Notes under the pieces: model-generated
Database searches by the model: none
What the model saw: only the letters and a program-made list of their open reading frames with translations
What the model was told of the DNA's origin: nothing
IMG/VR virus record: IMGVR_UViG_3300045988_031686
From: a virus
DNA length: 60,224 nucleotides
Reading direction: 5' to 3' (one strand)
Part shown: positions 1 through 9,766 of the stretch, piece by piece
How positions within the stretch are numbered: the stretch's first letter is position 1
Layout of the letters: every line of letters starts with the position of its first letter
Position numbers and translations under genes: made by a program

Positions 1-119
1 ATACGAGGGCGAGGAATTAGAGCTTATCGACAGCTACATTGAGGATAACCCACCTAAAGACAGCAAAGAAGCTGTATGGTATTTAGGTGAAAGCCTTAAG
101 AAGCTGGCACAGGCTGATG
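1..119. repeat. Terminal direct repeat of the window, identical to 60106-60224. Indicates assembly overlap of a circular or circularly permuted genome of unit length 60,105 bp
   Basis: Read directly: atacgagggcgaggaattagagcttatcgac...ggcacaggctgatg occurs at both window ends. Confidence 0.95.
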
Positions 120-295
120 CATTTATGGGAATATGTGAGAACTACGAATGGAACGGATGTAGCATTGAAAGAGAAACAGCGGAAAAATATGGCATTAAAA
201 CATATATGATTCCAGCACGGTATGTAATTGATGATTATAATGCACTTTTGAATAGATTGCATACGAATTGTTGGAATGCAATGCCAACAGCCTAA
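1..295 (+). CDS. 3' part of a wrapped 128-aa gene (5' part at 60014-60224); DUF4406 / nucleoside 2-deoxyribosyltransferase-like protein
   Basis: The frame continues from ATG 60014 through the repeat to TAA 293-295. The pattern VPMKGRT...WYLGESLKKLAQADAF...WNGCSIERETAEKYGI recalls this family (from memory, not verified). Confidence 0.55.
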   Translation, partial: YEGEELELIDSYIEDNPPKDSKEAVWYLGESLKKLAQADAFMGICENYEWNGCSIERETAEKYGIKTYMIPARYVIDDYNALLNRLHTNCWNAMPTA

Positions 296-397
296 TAAAA
301 TATTTCCCGGCTAACAAACGGAGTTAGTCGCTAACCTAGAAAAATTATAGGCAGAGGTCTATAAGCGCCTTTGCTGTGAAAGCGAGGTGCTTTTCTT

Positions 398-2113
398 TTG
401 GCATCTGAATATCTGAAGCAAACAATCCAAGGATACGAAAACTACATAAAGCAAAGCGGAATAGATGATAAGGTAATCGGAGCATACATAGACGCGTCAA
501 AAACGGCGTATCTGAACGAAAAGGATACAGAGTATGGGTTAAAGATTTCTAAGCGCTCTAAAGAGCTTATAGAACAGTATGTGCTAAGTTTGGCTAAGAT
601 GTCTATATGGGATTTGGATTCACTGGCTAACCAAACAAAGAAAAATTACCAAATCCTTGACAAGTACTATGACTTGTTGAAATTAGAGGCACCATATCTT
701 TTCCACAGTTATCTACTGTATCTCGAAAAAAATAGGCAAGAAGAAGAAAAATTTTATGCCCCGAAAATGGAACAGTTAAACAGGCATGGTCTGATTCAAG
801 CTTTACAAGACCTCGAAGATGATAAGCTTGACCTTTTATCTATCTCAATGCCACCCGGCACACAGAAAACCACGTTAGAGAAGTTTTTTTGTTCATGGAT
901 AATAGGTAGACACCCGAAAGATTATAGCTTGTTTTTCTCACACTCTGACGACATTACAAGAATGTTTTATGATGGAGTTCTTGATATAACTACCAATAGC
1001 GAAGAATACACATGGAGCGAAATTTTTCCTGACGTAAAACTGCAAAATACAGATGCAAAAAGACAGCGTATCAATTTTGACAAGCCAAAAGCGTTCTCAA
1101 ATATACAATGTACATCTGTCGGCAGTAAGAATGCCGGTAAGGTTAGATGTAACAGATATTTGTATTGTGATGACCTTGTTAGTGGCATTGAGGAAGCACT
1201 TAATAAGAAAGCACTTGATAAGCTGTGGCGTATATATGGAACTGATGCAAGGCAAAGAAAGCTGAATGAGCAAGTTAAGGAAATCCATATTGCTACACGT
1301 TGGAGTGTACACGATGTTATAGGGAGATTACAAAGAATTTACGCCAAAAGCGACAGGGTCCGTTTTATCGCGGTTCCTGATATTGACCCGGTTACAGGAA
1401 GAAGTAATTTTGACTACAAATATAATGGAATGTCGGTTGAGTTTTTCCACGACCAAGAGCTTACTATGGACGATATTTCATATCGTTGTTTGTACAAAAA
1501 TGAGCCAGTTGAGCGTGAAGGACTACTTTACCATGATGACGACCTTAGACGTTTTATGTCAATGCCACTTAGGGAGCCGGATGCAATCCTCGGAATCTGC
1601 GATGTTAAGAACAAAGGAACCGACTTTATGTTCTTGCCTTGTATGTACCAGTTCGACAACGATTTTTACTTGGTTGATTGCATCTGCGATGATACGACAG
1701 ATTACGGCATACAGTATAGCCGCTTATCTAACATCATTGTAGACCACAAAATGCAACAGTGCGAGTTCGAGAGTAATTCAGGAGGAGACAGAGTATCCTA
1801 TGAAGTTGCTCAAAGAGTTGAAAAAATGGGTGGAAGATGCAATATCACAGATAAGCCGACCGAGACAAACAAGGAAACAAGAATTATTGTTAATGCCGAT
1901 TGGGTCAAGAAACACGTCCTTTTCAGGGACAAAGAAAAATATAAGCCTAAAGAAGATTACGGAGTTATGATGTCATGGCTTTTGACTTATTCAGTAGTCG
2001 GCAAAAATGACCATGACGATGTGCCGGACGGCTTGGCTAACTTTTGCCTTTTCGTTACAAGAGGTAGCTTAGTAGCTAAATGTGAAGCAGCAGTTAATCC
2101 ATTCAGGAGGTGA
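398..2113 (+). CDS. terL: Terminase large subunit
   Basis: 571 aa with TTG start 8 nt after GAGGTG. P-loop-like PPGTQKTT, Walker-B-like YLYCDDL, C-terminal acidic nuclease-type DDVPDG. Lies upstream of the portal gene. Confidence 0.9.
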   Translation: MASEYLKQTIQGYENYIKQSGIDDKVIGAYIDASKTAYLNEKDTEYGLKISKRSKELIEQYVLSLAKMSIWDLDSLANQTKKNYQILDKYYDLLKLEAPYLFHSYLLYLEKNRQEEEKFYAPKMEQLNRHGLIQALQDLEDDKLDLLSISMPPGTQKTTLEKFFCSWIIGRHPKDYSLFFSHSDDITRMFYDGVLDITTNSEEYTWSEIFPDVKLQNTDAKRQRINFDKPKAFSNIQCTSVGSKNAGKVRCNRYLYCDDLVSGIEEALNKKALDKLWRIYGTDARQRKLNEQVKEIHIATRWSVHDVIGRLQRIYAKSDRVRFIAVPDIDPVTGRSNFDYKYNGMSVEFFHDQELTMDDISYRCLYKNEPVEREGLLYHDDDLRRFMSMPLREPDAILGICDVKNKGTDFMFLPCMYQFDNDFYLVDCICDDTTDYGIQYSRLSNIIVDHKMQQCEFESNSGGDRVSYEVAQRVEKMGGRCNITDKPTETNKETRIIVNADWVKKHVLFRDKEKYKPKEDYGVMMSWLLTYSVVGKNDHDDVPDGLANFCLFVTRGSLVAKCEAAVNPFRR

Positions 2114-2117
2114 CACT

Positions 2118-2555
2118 ATGACGACAAAAAGTATCTTATCGCAATATATCGACATTAAAGATGAAATCAGGGAAGTAAGAGCCAAAATTGACCGATTGGA
2201 AGCAGATATTCAGAGGATAGAGGACGGAGAGAAAGTTGTTGACAGTGTCACTGGCGGTCTTGGCGGCACGCAGCATTTCCGGATTGAGGGCATTCCATAT
2301 CCTGAATATAGTCGCAAAAAGACTTTGCTTTATTCAAGGAAAACCACTTTACAGTTGCTTGAAGATGATTTGCTTACAAAGACAAACGAAGTCGAACAGT
2401 TTATAGCGAACATACCTGATAGCCGCATGAGAAGGATAATAAATCTCAGGTACCTCGAAAATATGTCATGGAATAAGGTCGCAGACCATATAGGCGGTGG
2501 CAATACAGAGGACAGCGTAAGGAAAGCATGTGAGAGGTTTCTGAAAAGCAACTAA
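2118..2555 (+). CDS. Sigma-70 region-4-like HTH regulator (RinA/ArpU/DUF1492-style putative late activator)
   Basis: ATG 2118 follows AGGAGG. N-terminal coiled coil. C-terminal RRIINLRYLENMSWNKVADHIG...SVRKACERFL resembles a sigma region-4 HTH. Confidence 0.55.
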   Translation: MTTKSILSQYIDIKDEIREVRAKIDRLEADIQRIEDGEKVVDSVTGGLGGTQHFRIEGIPYPEYSRKKTLLYSRKTTLQLLEDDLLTKTNEVEQFIANIPDSRMRRIINLRYLENMSWNKVADHIGGGNTEDSVRKACERFLKSN

Positions 2556-2642
2556 AGTTGTCCGATATGTCCGCTTGACGATATGTTATAGTTATACTTG
2601 GAAAGTTCGTTCAAGAGCTTAATATTCACTCCTCTTAGGGAA

Positions 2643-2670
2643 AGCATCGTCTTAATGGCGGTGCTTTTTT
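2643..2670 (+). terminator. Intrinsic terminator or attenuator 16 nt upstream of the zinc-ribbon gene
   Basis: Stem agcatcg/cggtgct (7 bp, one G-U pair) followed by tttttt. Confidence 0.55.
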
Positions 2671-2685
2671 GCGTGAAAGGAAATT

Positions 2686-2883
2686 ATGGGAAACGATAAA
2701 AAGAAAATATACTGTCCACAATGCCACCGCCGGGTTGCGGAGTGGGACGGAAAATATTCGGGAAATATAATAGTTGGTTGCCGTAAGTGCCACAAAAAGG
2801 TTGTGTATTACACAAATACAGGCATTACGGACATAAAGCCATGGGAGCCAAGAAAAACGGCAAGTGGCATGACATATTTTTAA
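2686..2883 (+). CDS. Small zinc-ribbon protein (Mu Com-like / cysteine-rich KTR-like)
   Basis: 65 aa with CPQC...(17)...CRKC; RBS GAAAGGA upstream. Confidence 0.55.
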   Translation: MGNDKKKIYCPQCHRRVAEWDGKYSGNIIVGCRKCHKKVVYYTNTGITDIKPWEPRKTASGMTYF

Positions 2884-2897
2884 GGAGCAGATAACTA

Positions 2898-4334
2898 ATG
2901 AACCGTGGAACACTTCAAGACCTTGTTAGAGGTTGCTATGGGCGAAAAATTGCATACACCGATGTAGATACAATAACTGCTAACAATGTTTTTAAGGTTA
3001 TTGGAAGTACTATTGGTATATTTAATTGGAATAAACCAATAATTAAGTATCTGTGGGACTATTACAAAGGCGACCAACCAATATTATACAGGCACAAGCT
3101 AAATAACGAAGATATTACAAACAAGATTGTAGAGAACCACGCATATGAAATTGTCCAATTCAAGGTAGGACAGACATATGGTGAACCAATCCAGTTTATA
3201 AGCCGCAAAGATGATGAGACTATCAATAAAGCTGTTGATATGCTTAATGATTTTATGGCAGATGCCAATAAACAAGAAAAAGACATTAAAGCTGGAGAAT
3301 GGCAATCAGCAACAGGAACATCCTTTAAGGCTGTCCAACCTAAAAATGGCGATGTGCCATTTAGAATTGTAGCACCCACACCAATGAATACTTATACTGT
3401 CTACAATGAAAGCACAGAAGAACCTATGCTTGTTGTGCAGGAACTTAAAGACGAGGACGGAAATTGGTATAAAATGGCATTCTCCGACACCACATCATTC
3501 AGAATTGTTGACAGCAAAGTAGTTGAAGCAAAACTACATACATATGGTGAAATTCCTATCGTTGAGTTTCCTAATAATCACGAAAGAATATCCGATATTG
3601 AGCTTGTTGTAGGTATGCTTGATGCTATCAATAATATGCAGTCTAACAGAATGGATAGCATACAGCAGTTTGTCGAGTATTGGGTTAAGTTTGTGAACTG
3701 TGAAGTTGATACAGAAACTTTCAATAAAATGAAAGAGAGCCATGCTCTTGTTGTTAAGTCTATCAATAAGGACAACAAGTCCGATGTAGAGATTATGACA
3801 CAAGAGCTTAATCAGACACAATGCCAAGTTGCTAAGGAAGATTTGTGGGATAACACATTATCTATATTGGCTATACCAAACAAGCAGGGCAACACAGGTG
3901 GAGATACTCAAGGAGCGGTCGAGTTAAGAAATGGATGGGATTTCTCTAAGACGAGAGCAAAGCTAAAAGACCCCATTGTTAAATCATGTGAAAAGCGATT
4001 GGCTGTAGTGGTTCTTAATATATTAAGACTTGCAGGAAATGATTTAAAATTGTCAGTTAGAGATTTTGACATACAAATAAATCACAGTCCGCAGGACAAT
4101 ATGTACACTAAGGCACAAACCCTTACAGTACTGCTTCAAAGTGGAATACATCCGCTTATAGCGATTAAGACAGTAGGATTATGGGGGGATGCAGAAAAAA
4201 CATTCTTGCTATCAAAACCATATCTGGACAATATATACAAGACTATTGAAAATGCAAAAGAGCAAGAAAAGAAAGCACAGGAGATAGTTAATCAACTCAA
4301 TAATAATCAGCAAAATAAGGCAGTTATCGAATAA
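2898..4334 (+). CDS. Portal protein (SPP1 gp6-type)
   Basis: 478 aa, positioned between terminase and scaffold; size and context are typical of portals. Confidence 0.85.
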   Translation: MNRGTLQDLVRGCYGRKIAYTDVDTITANNVFKVIGSTIGIFNWNKPIIKYLWDYYKGDQPILYRHKLNNEDITNKIVENHAYEIVQFKVGQTYGEPIQFISRKDDETINKAVDMLNDFMADANKQEKDIKAGEWQSATGTSFKAVQPKNGDVPFRIVAPTPMNTYTVYNESTEEPMLVVQELKDEDGNWYKMAFSDTTSFRIVDSKVVEAKLHTYGEIPIVEFPNNHERISDIELVVGMLDAINNMQSNRMDSIQQFVEYWVKFVNCEVDTETFNKMKESHALVVKSINKDNKSDVEIMTQELNQTQCQVAKEDLWDNTLSILAIPNKQGNTGGDTQGAVELRNGWDFSKTRAKLKDPIVKSCEKRLAVVVLNILRLAGNDLKLSVRDFDIQINHSPQDNMYTKAQTLTVLLQSGIHPLIAIKTVGLWGDAEKTFLLSKPYLDNIYKTIENAKEQEKKAQEIVNQLNNNQQNKAVIE

Positions 4335-4442
4335 CCGGTAGCTGCTTTTATTTTATACATTTTGCACCTATGCGGTAAATAGGAGAGAAACTCAGCAGGA
4401 GCGACCTGCGGTAACAAAAGCGTGAGTTTAACGGAGGTAATT

Positions 4443-4997
4443 ATGACAAGAGAAGATGTATTGAAACTGTTTCCGGAAGCAACAGACGAACAGGTTACAA
4501 ATCTGCTTAATCAGAACAATTCAGAAGTTGCCAAGGAAAAGAACAAGGCGAGCCAGTACAAGGTCAAGGCTGACACAGCAGACGACCTGCAGAAACAGCT
4601 TGATGAGCTACAGGCTGGCAACATGACAGAACTTGAAAAGGCAAATAAAGCCTTAGAAACAGCTAATCAGCAGATAGCAGAATTACAGAAGTCTAATGCT
4701 ATCAGAGACCAGAGAGAAGCAGCTATGACTAATTTTAAGATTACTGCTGAACAGGCAAAAATAGTTGTTAAAGATGATGGAAACCTTGATTACACAGAAC
4801 TTGGCAAGATTATGTCCGAAAAAGAAACGGCTGCAGCGCAGGCTAAGGAACAGGAGATTGCAAAACATCAGGATATTCCGGGCGGTGGCAGTAATAAAGG
4901 CGGTGCAGATAATAAGACAAATGCTGAAAAGATAGCAGAAAGCCTTATATCTAATGCACCTAAGAACAATGACGTTTTATCACATTACATTCAGTAA
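4443..4997 (+). CDS. Scaffolding protein
   Basis: ATG 4443 after GGAGGT. Charged, Ala/Gln/Glu-rich helical protein lying between portal and capsid genes. Confidence 0.7.
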   Translation: MTREDVLKLFPEATDEQVTNLLNQNNSEVAKEKNKASQYKVKADTADDLQKQLDELQAGNMTELEKANKALETANQQIAELQKSNAIRDQREAAMTNFKITAEQAKIVVKDDGNLDYTELGKIMSEKETAAAQAKEQEIAKHQDIPGGGSNKGGADNKTNAEKIAESLISNAPKNNDVLSHYIQ

Positions 4998-5013
4998 TAA
5001 CAGGAGGTAAAAA

Positions 5014-5367
5014 ATGGCAAAGGAAATGAATATGCAGTATGAAAAAACTTCATATGCAGGCGATGTTCAGATTATAAAGAGAGAGCCTAATGAAGCAATC
5101 CCACTGACACTTGATTTTGATGGTGTAACAACTAAAAACGCACAGGGCAAGAGAATTGTCAAGGCAGGTACACCAATCGGAGCAAATGGCAAGGCTGATA
5201 ACACAGCCACGGTAGTAGGTATTTTAAGATTTGATGTAACGGAAGACAGACCACAGGGCGTACTGCTTAAGAAAGCATATCTTAACACAAAGGTAGCAGA
5301 AGCACATTCTGGCGTTACATATGACGTAGCAGTTAAGACAGCTCTTCCAATGATTGTATTTGAATAA
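5014..5367 (+). CDS. Head decoration-like protein (in the lambda gpD position)
   Basis: 117 aa immediately upstream of an E-type major capsid gene; RBS AGGAGG. Confidence 0.4.
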   Translation: MAKEMNMQYEKTSYAGDVQIIKREPNEAIPLTLDFDGVTTKNAQGKRIVKAGTPIGANGKADNTATVVGILRFDVTEDRPQGVLLKKAYLNTKVAEAHSGVTYDVAVKTALPMIVFE

Positions 5368-5384
5368 TAGCAGGAGGTAAACAG

Positions 5385-6458
5385 ATGTTAATTAATGAAG
5401 TATTAGACAGTAAGTCTATTGCATTATCGGCAACAGAAAACGCTAGTAACCAGATACCTTATCTTGGCTTACAGTGGTTTCCAGAAAGAAAGAAGCAGGG
5501 GCTTGATTTAAGCTGGATTAAGACACACAAAGGACTTCCAGTATCACTTGCGCCATCTAATTTTGATACAATCCCAACTCTTAGAGCTAGAGAGGGATTA
5601 AGCAAGGAAAAAACACAGATGGCATTTTTCCGTGAGGGAATGACAGTCGGTGAAGAAGGAATGCTTGAAATCGAGCGTGTTAAGTCTGCGGATGACCCAT
5701 ATCTTGCTAGTGCTTTATCAAGCGTGTATGACGACACAAATAATCTTGTAAGCGGTGCAGAGGTTGTACCAGAGCGAATGAGAATGTCACTTCTTGCGAC
5801 AAACGCAGGACACCCGGTAATTGCTATCGTGAGTGATGGCGTTCAGTATGCCTATGATTATGACAAAGATGGTTCATACGCAAAAGACCATTACGCAAAG
5901 TTATCTGGCACAAGTATGTGGAGCGATACAACCAATTCAAAGCCACTTACAGACCTTAATAATGCGAGAAAGAAGTTACAGAAACAGGGCAAGATTGCTA
6001 AATATGCACTTATGAACAGCAATACATTCCAGTATTTGCTTGATAATGCACAGATAAGAAACTCAATCCTCGCACAGAATCTTACAGCAACTATTGAGGT
6101 TGATGACGATACTGTTATTTCAGTAGTACAAAAGAGAGCAAAGCTCACCATCGTACTTTACGATAAGATGTACATTGACGATGATGACAAGGAACAGTAC
6201 TTCTACCCAGATAACAAGGTCACACTTCTTCCAGAGGGAAATCTTGGTAATACCTGGTTCGGTACTACACCAGAGGAAAGAACAGCAAGACAGGTGGCTG
6301 ATGTAGATGTAACAGTATACGGCACAGGTATCACAGTCGCTACAAAGACAGAGTACGGACCACCTATGAAGATGTCAACATTTGCTTCCGAAGTTGTACT
6401 TCCATCATACGAGAATATGGATAGCACATTCGTATATGAGGTTCATAGCGAAGAGTAG
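5385..6458 (+). CDS. Major capsid protein (lambda gpE-like family)
   Basis: 357 aa with strong RBS, positioned after scaffold and decoration genes. The N-terminal region resembles capsid-E family members as I recall them. Confidence 0.8.
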   Translation: MLINEVLDSKSIALSATENASNQIPYLGLQWFPERKKQGLDLSWIKTHKGLPVSLAPSNFDTIPTLRAREGLSKEKTQMAFFREGMTVGEEGMLEIERVKSADDPYLASALSSVYDDTNNLVSGAEVVPERMRMSLLATNAGHPVIAIVSDGVQYAYDYDKDGSYAKDHYAKLSGTSMWSDTTNSKPLTDLNNARKKLQKQGKIAKYALMNSNTFQYLLDNAQIRNSILAQNLTATIEVDDDTVISVVQKRAKLTIVLYDKMYIDDDDKEQYFYPDNKVTLLPEGNLGNTWFGTTPEERTARQVADVDVTVYGTGITVATKTEYGPPMKMSTFASEVVLPSYENMDSTFVYEVHSEE

Positions 6459-6469
6459 GAGGTACGACT

Positions 6470-6697
6470 ATGAAATACCCATATATAGTAGTTCACAATG
6501 GTAAATGGTATAACGCAGGTGAAGAAGTTCCAGAAAACAATAATTCTGGAGCTTCTTTTGATTATAGTAAAACAACCATAAATCGTATGTCTACATCTGA
6601 TTTACAGGAACTTGCCACAAAACAGGGCATAGAGAACGCAGGCGAAATCAGCGGTGCAGAACTTAAAAAGATGTTAATTGAGAAGTTCGGATTGTAG
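6470..6697 (+). CDS. Small head-module protein with a C-terminal HeH/Rho-N-like motif
   Basis: 75 aa; SDLQELATKQGIENAGEISGAELKKMLIEKFG resembles a helix-extension-helix motif. Confidence 0.45.
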   Translation: MKYPYIVVHNGKWYNAGEEVPENNNSGASFDYSKTTINRMSTSDLQELATKQGIENAGEISGAELKKMLIEKFGL

Positions 6698-6705
6698 GAG
6701 GGCTT

Positions 6706-7068
6706 ATGCTATACACAACATTAGAACAAGTCAAGATAAGGCTTAAACAATATCACATGGAAACAAAAGAAAATGTTAGTGTTGTGGTATGGGATGAATT
6801 AGAGGACAATCCGCACATCGAACAGCTTATTGAGCAGGCAAGGCAAGAGATTGTCAACGTAAGGAATTATCCGAGCAGTTATACACAAGAGCAAATTGAT
6901 GATGACTTAGCTAAGTATGAGAGCGTTATCGTCAATCTCACCGTGTATGACCACTCGCAAGCTGGTGAGAGTTTTATGGCAAGTTACTCCGAGAACGGCA
7001 TTAGCCGTAATTGGGTTGACCGCAATAATCTACTCGCCGGGGTATTTCCTTTTGCTAAGGTATTATAA
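6706..7068 (+). CDS. Head-tail connector (gp6-like)
   Basis: 120 aa, positioned after the capsid gene. Confidence 0.6.
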   Translation: MLYTTLEQVKIRLKQYHMETKENVSVVVWDELEDNPHIEQLIEQARQEIVNVRNYPSSYTQEQIDDDLAKYESVIVNLTVYDHSQAGESFMASYSENGISRNWVDRNNLLAGVFPFAKVL

Positions 7069-7157
7069 GAAGATTGTGCGTTACCAATATGGTAGCAGGC
7101 GGCACACTTTAAGGGTGGTGGGCGGTGTGCCAATTTTACGATTACAGGAGAAATGGC

Positions 7158-7466
7158 ATGAAAGGTTTATTATTGCAGACATATACAATCGCATTACCTG
7201 TAATACTCGGATATATAGTATGGCTTTTGCAACAGCAGAAGAAAGGTAAGGACGCAAACAGCAAAGGTACAATGCTGCTCTTGCGTGTGCAGCTCATTGA
7301 ATACCACGACAAGTATATGAAGTTGGGTGAAATACCTTCTTATGCGTATGACAACTTCGTTGAGATGTACAACGCATACCACGCATTAGGTGGTAACGGC
7401 ATGGTTACGAAGATGTATAACGAGATACAGGCATTACATTTAGGCAAAGCAGGAGGTAAGGATTGA
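7158..7466 (+). CDS. N-terminally membrane-anchored protein (holin-associated?)
   Basis: ATG 7158 lies 7 nt after CAGGAG. One TM segment, TIALPVILGYIVWLL, followed by a basic stretch. Confidence 0.5.
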   Translation: MKGLLLQTYTIALPVILGYIVWLLQQQKKGKDANSKGTMLLLRVQLIEYHDKYMKLGEIPSYAYDNFVEMYNAYHALGGNGMVTKMYNEIQALHLGKAGGKD

Positions 7467-7735
7467 TGGACATTACACAGGTATCAACAGTAGTTGCAAT
7501 CGTTGTTATCACTTACTTAATCGGGTTAGCTGTTAAGGCAATCCCACAGATTAAGGACAACTACATTCCCATAATCGTAGGTATTGCAGGCGGTATCTTA
7601 GGTATTATCGGTATGTATGTGATTCCTGATTTCCCGGCAAATGACATTCTCAATGCTATTGCGGTCGGCATAGTGTCGGGACTGTCAAGCACTGGTGTAA
7701 ATCAGATTTACAAGCAGGTGAAGAAAGATGCTTGA
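7466..7735 (+). CDS. Holin
   Basis: About 89 aa with 2-3 TM segments, ending GIVSGLSSTGVNQIYKQVKKD, typical of Gram-positive phage holins. Confidence 0.6.
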   Translation: MDITQVSTVVAIVVITYLIGLAVKAIPQIKDNYIPIIVGIAGGILGIIGMYVIPDFPANDILNAIAVGIVSGLSSTGVNQIYKQVKKDA

Positions 7736-8186
7736 CATCAATAAGCAGAACATGAAGTACTCTCGGCAAGGGCAGACAGTCACAATCTATGAAAGAGACG
7801 AAGAAGGTAATCTTGTTTACATAGGGCATACTGATTCTGATGGCAATTTTTATCCTTATTTTGACGATGATGGCAACCCAATCCCTAAAGAGTTAGGAAC
7901 TAAAATAGGATTCTCTGAACCTGTTAGCTTTAAGGCTAATATATCTTTTAGTGGTGGCGAGGCACAGGCTGAAGAATACGGCTTTAACGTAGCTGATTTT
8001 GACGCGGTTTTGCTGACGGAACGAAATAAATTTCCATTTAGTAAAGGAGACATTATTTGGCTTGATAGTATTCCGACATTCGATAGCGATGGATTAGTTG
8101 ACAGCACATCGGCAGATTTTACTATTGTCGGAGTAAAGCCGTCTTTAACCTCCACAAAATACATGCTGAAAGCTCAGGTGAAGTAA
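7728..8186 (+). CDS. Putative head-closure / head-tail adaptor protein
   Basis: 152 aa; called from position in the connector module only. Confidence 0.4.
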   Translation: MLDINKQNMKYSRQGQTVTIYERDEEGNLVYIGHTDSDGNFYPYFDDDGNPIPKELGTKIGFSEPVSFKANISFSGGEAQAEEYGFNVADFDAVLLTERNKFPFSKGDIIWLDSIPTFDSDGLVDSTSADFTIVGVKPSLTSTKYMLKAQVK

Positions 8187-8725
8187 TGGCAAAGCGCAAG
8201 ATTACAGTTAATGTATTTTCGCAGAGGTCCATTAAGGACGCAATAAAAGGCTTACAGAGCTATCAAGATTATCTGACGTATAAATGCCAGCTGTTAGTGA
8301 CAAAATTGGCAGAAACCGGTGAGAAAGCGGCAATCGAAAAAATCACGGAAAGCCCACTCGGGAAAACTGTGAATCTAAGAATTGAGCGAGAGCCGATTAA
8401 CATGGGATGCAAAGCAATACTTATTGCAACCGGCAAGGCATTTAAGGCAGAAGGACGTGAGCCGTTTTATACATTGCTTGCAATAGAGTTTGGCGCTGGA
8501 ATTTATTTTAACAAAGGTAACGAAAACCCAAAAGCTGATAGTCTAGGGTTAGGTGTTGGAACTTACCCAGGGCAGATACATGCGTTTGAAGATGGGTGGT
8601 ATTACCTTGGAAACGATAATAAGTGGCATTATACTCATGGTGTTAAAGCCACAATGCCTATGTACAGCGCAAGCATGGAGATTATTCAGAGGTATAAAGC
8701 TATTGCAAAGGAGGTATTTGACTAA
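8186..8725 (+). CDS. Putative tail-completion protein (HK97 gp10-like position)
   Basis: 179 aa, translationally coupled to its neighbours. Confidence 0.4.
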   Translation: MAKRKITVNVFSQRSIKDAIKGLQSYQDYLTYKCQLLVTKLAETGEKAAIEKITESPLGKTVNLRIEREPINMGCKAILIATGKAFKAEGREPFYTLLAIEFGAGIYFNKGNENPKADSLGLGVGTYPGQIHAFEDGWYYLGNDNKWHYTHGVKATMPMYSASMEIIQRYKAIAKEVFD

Positions 8726-9141
8726 TGGCAAGCGAAAATTCATGGGCTTATGACATTGAGAGCACAATATATTCAATCGTCAAGGCTAAGACATATTCAG
8801 CAATTAAGAAGAAATACCCCAACTTGCTGTTTACCGACAAAGGGCAGAGCGACAGTTCACCGACATTCCCAACAGTCTACATCCACATGTTGGCACCGAC
8901 AGAGCAAGGACGAACGATTGACGGACAATCCATTAACGGCTTACTTGTCACAGTTCAAGTTGACATTAGCACGAACACGAGCAGTTCAGATGTGCGTTGG
9001 GTTATGAGCGAGATTGCCGAGGTATTCAAGGATATGCGGTTCGAGGCTAAACCGATGCCAGAAACTTCATACGCAGACAAAATTTACAGAAGCACCGCGC
9101 GTTTCGGGCGCGTTATCGGTGCAAATGACAGATTGTTATAA
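8725..9141 (+). CDS. Putative tail terminator / neck protein
   Basis: 138 aa, immediately upstream of the major tail protein gene. Confidence 0.35.
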   Translation: MASENSWAYDIESTIYSIVKAKTYSAIKKKYPNLLFTDKGQSDSSPTFPTVYIHMLAPTEQGRTIDGQSINGLLVTVQVDISTNTSSSDVRWVMSEIAEVFKDMRFEAKPMPETSYADKIYRSTARFGRVIGANDRLL

Positions 9142-9143
9142 CT

Positions 9144-9168
9144 AAGAGCTTTTTAAGGCTCTTTTTTT
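9144..9168 (+). terminator. Intrinsic terminator
   Basis: Stem aagagc/gctctt followed by a T-run. Confidence 0.5.
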
Positions 9169-9196
9169 ATTTTCATTTTTATAGGAGGACAAAAAA

Positions 9197-9673
9197 ATGG
9201 CAGTAGCAGGTATATCTACATTAGGTGTTACGTTTGGTTACGGCACTGAAACAACAGCCGGAACTAAACCGACAACATTCACACAGCTTACCAGAATTAA
9301 TTCCATTGCCGGAATTAGTATCGACCAAGAGAACATTGACGCATCTGCTCTTGAAGATGCAATTACAAGAAACATAAAAGGCAGAGCTGATACGGGCGGA
9401 ACATGGACTATTACAGTTAACCTTACCGATGCGACAGAGGCAGAATGGGAGACACTCATGTCTGCATATAAGGCATTAACAGGCGGCAAGCGTATGTGGT
9501 TCGAGACTGTAATTCCGGGTATTACCAAGGGATTTTTCGTTGTTGCTCAACCGCCAGAGGATGTTCCGCATCCTCCAATCGACCAGAATAGTCTGTTAAC
9601 AGTCGAGTTCAACCTCATAATCGAGGAATACAAAGGACTTGACACAAAGGTGGAGCTTACACCGGGGGAATAG
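9197..9673 (+). CDS. Major tail protein
   Basis: 158 aa with strong RBS. MAVAGISTLGVTFGYGTETTAGTKPTTFTQL is typical of phi13/TP901-type tail tube proteins. Lies upstream of the chaperone pair. Confidence 0.8.
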   Translation: MAVAGISTLGVTFGYGTETTAGTKPTTFTQLTRINSIAGISIDQENIDASALEDAITRNIKGRADTGGTWTITVNLTDATEAEWETLMSAYKALTGGKRMWFETVIPGITKGFFVVAQPPEDVPHPPIDQNSLLTVEFNLIIEEYKGLDTKVELTPGE

Positions 9674-9766
9674 TAAGTCATTCAGCTAATATGGCTGTAC
9701 TGAATGACGATACAGCCGATGATTACTTGTCGATGTATGGCAAGTAAGTGATTATTTGACAGAAAA

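Noticed and set aside
296-397. Imperfect hairpin plus T-run just upstream of terL, considered as a terminator or as cos/pac.
   Set aside because: The stem has several mismatches, and its 3' arm contains the terL RBS (GAGGTG). There is not enough evidence to call a site.
2562-2590. The motif agttgtccg...gtccgcttga(c/t)gata is shared between 2562-2590 and 51222-51240, and partly with 54869-54880. I considered it as a phage-specific promoter or pac motif.
   Set aside because: The matches are only 12-15 nt. In a 60-kb sequence about 100 chance 12-mer repeats, and one or two 15-mer repeats with a mismatch, are expected. The spacing to any -10-like hexamer is also wrong for a sigma-A promoter.
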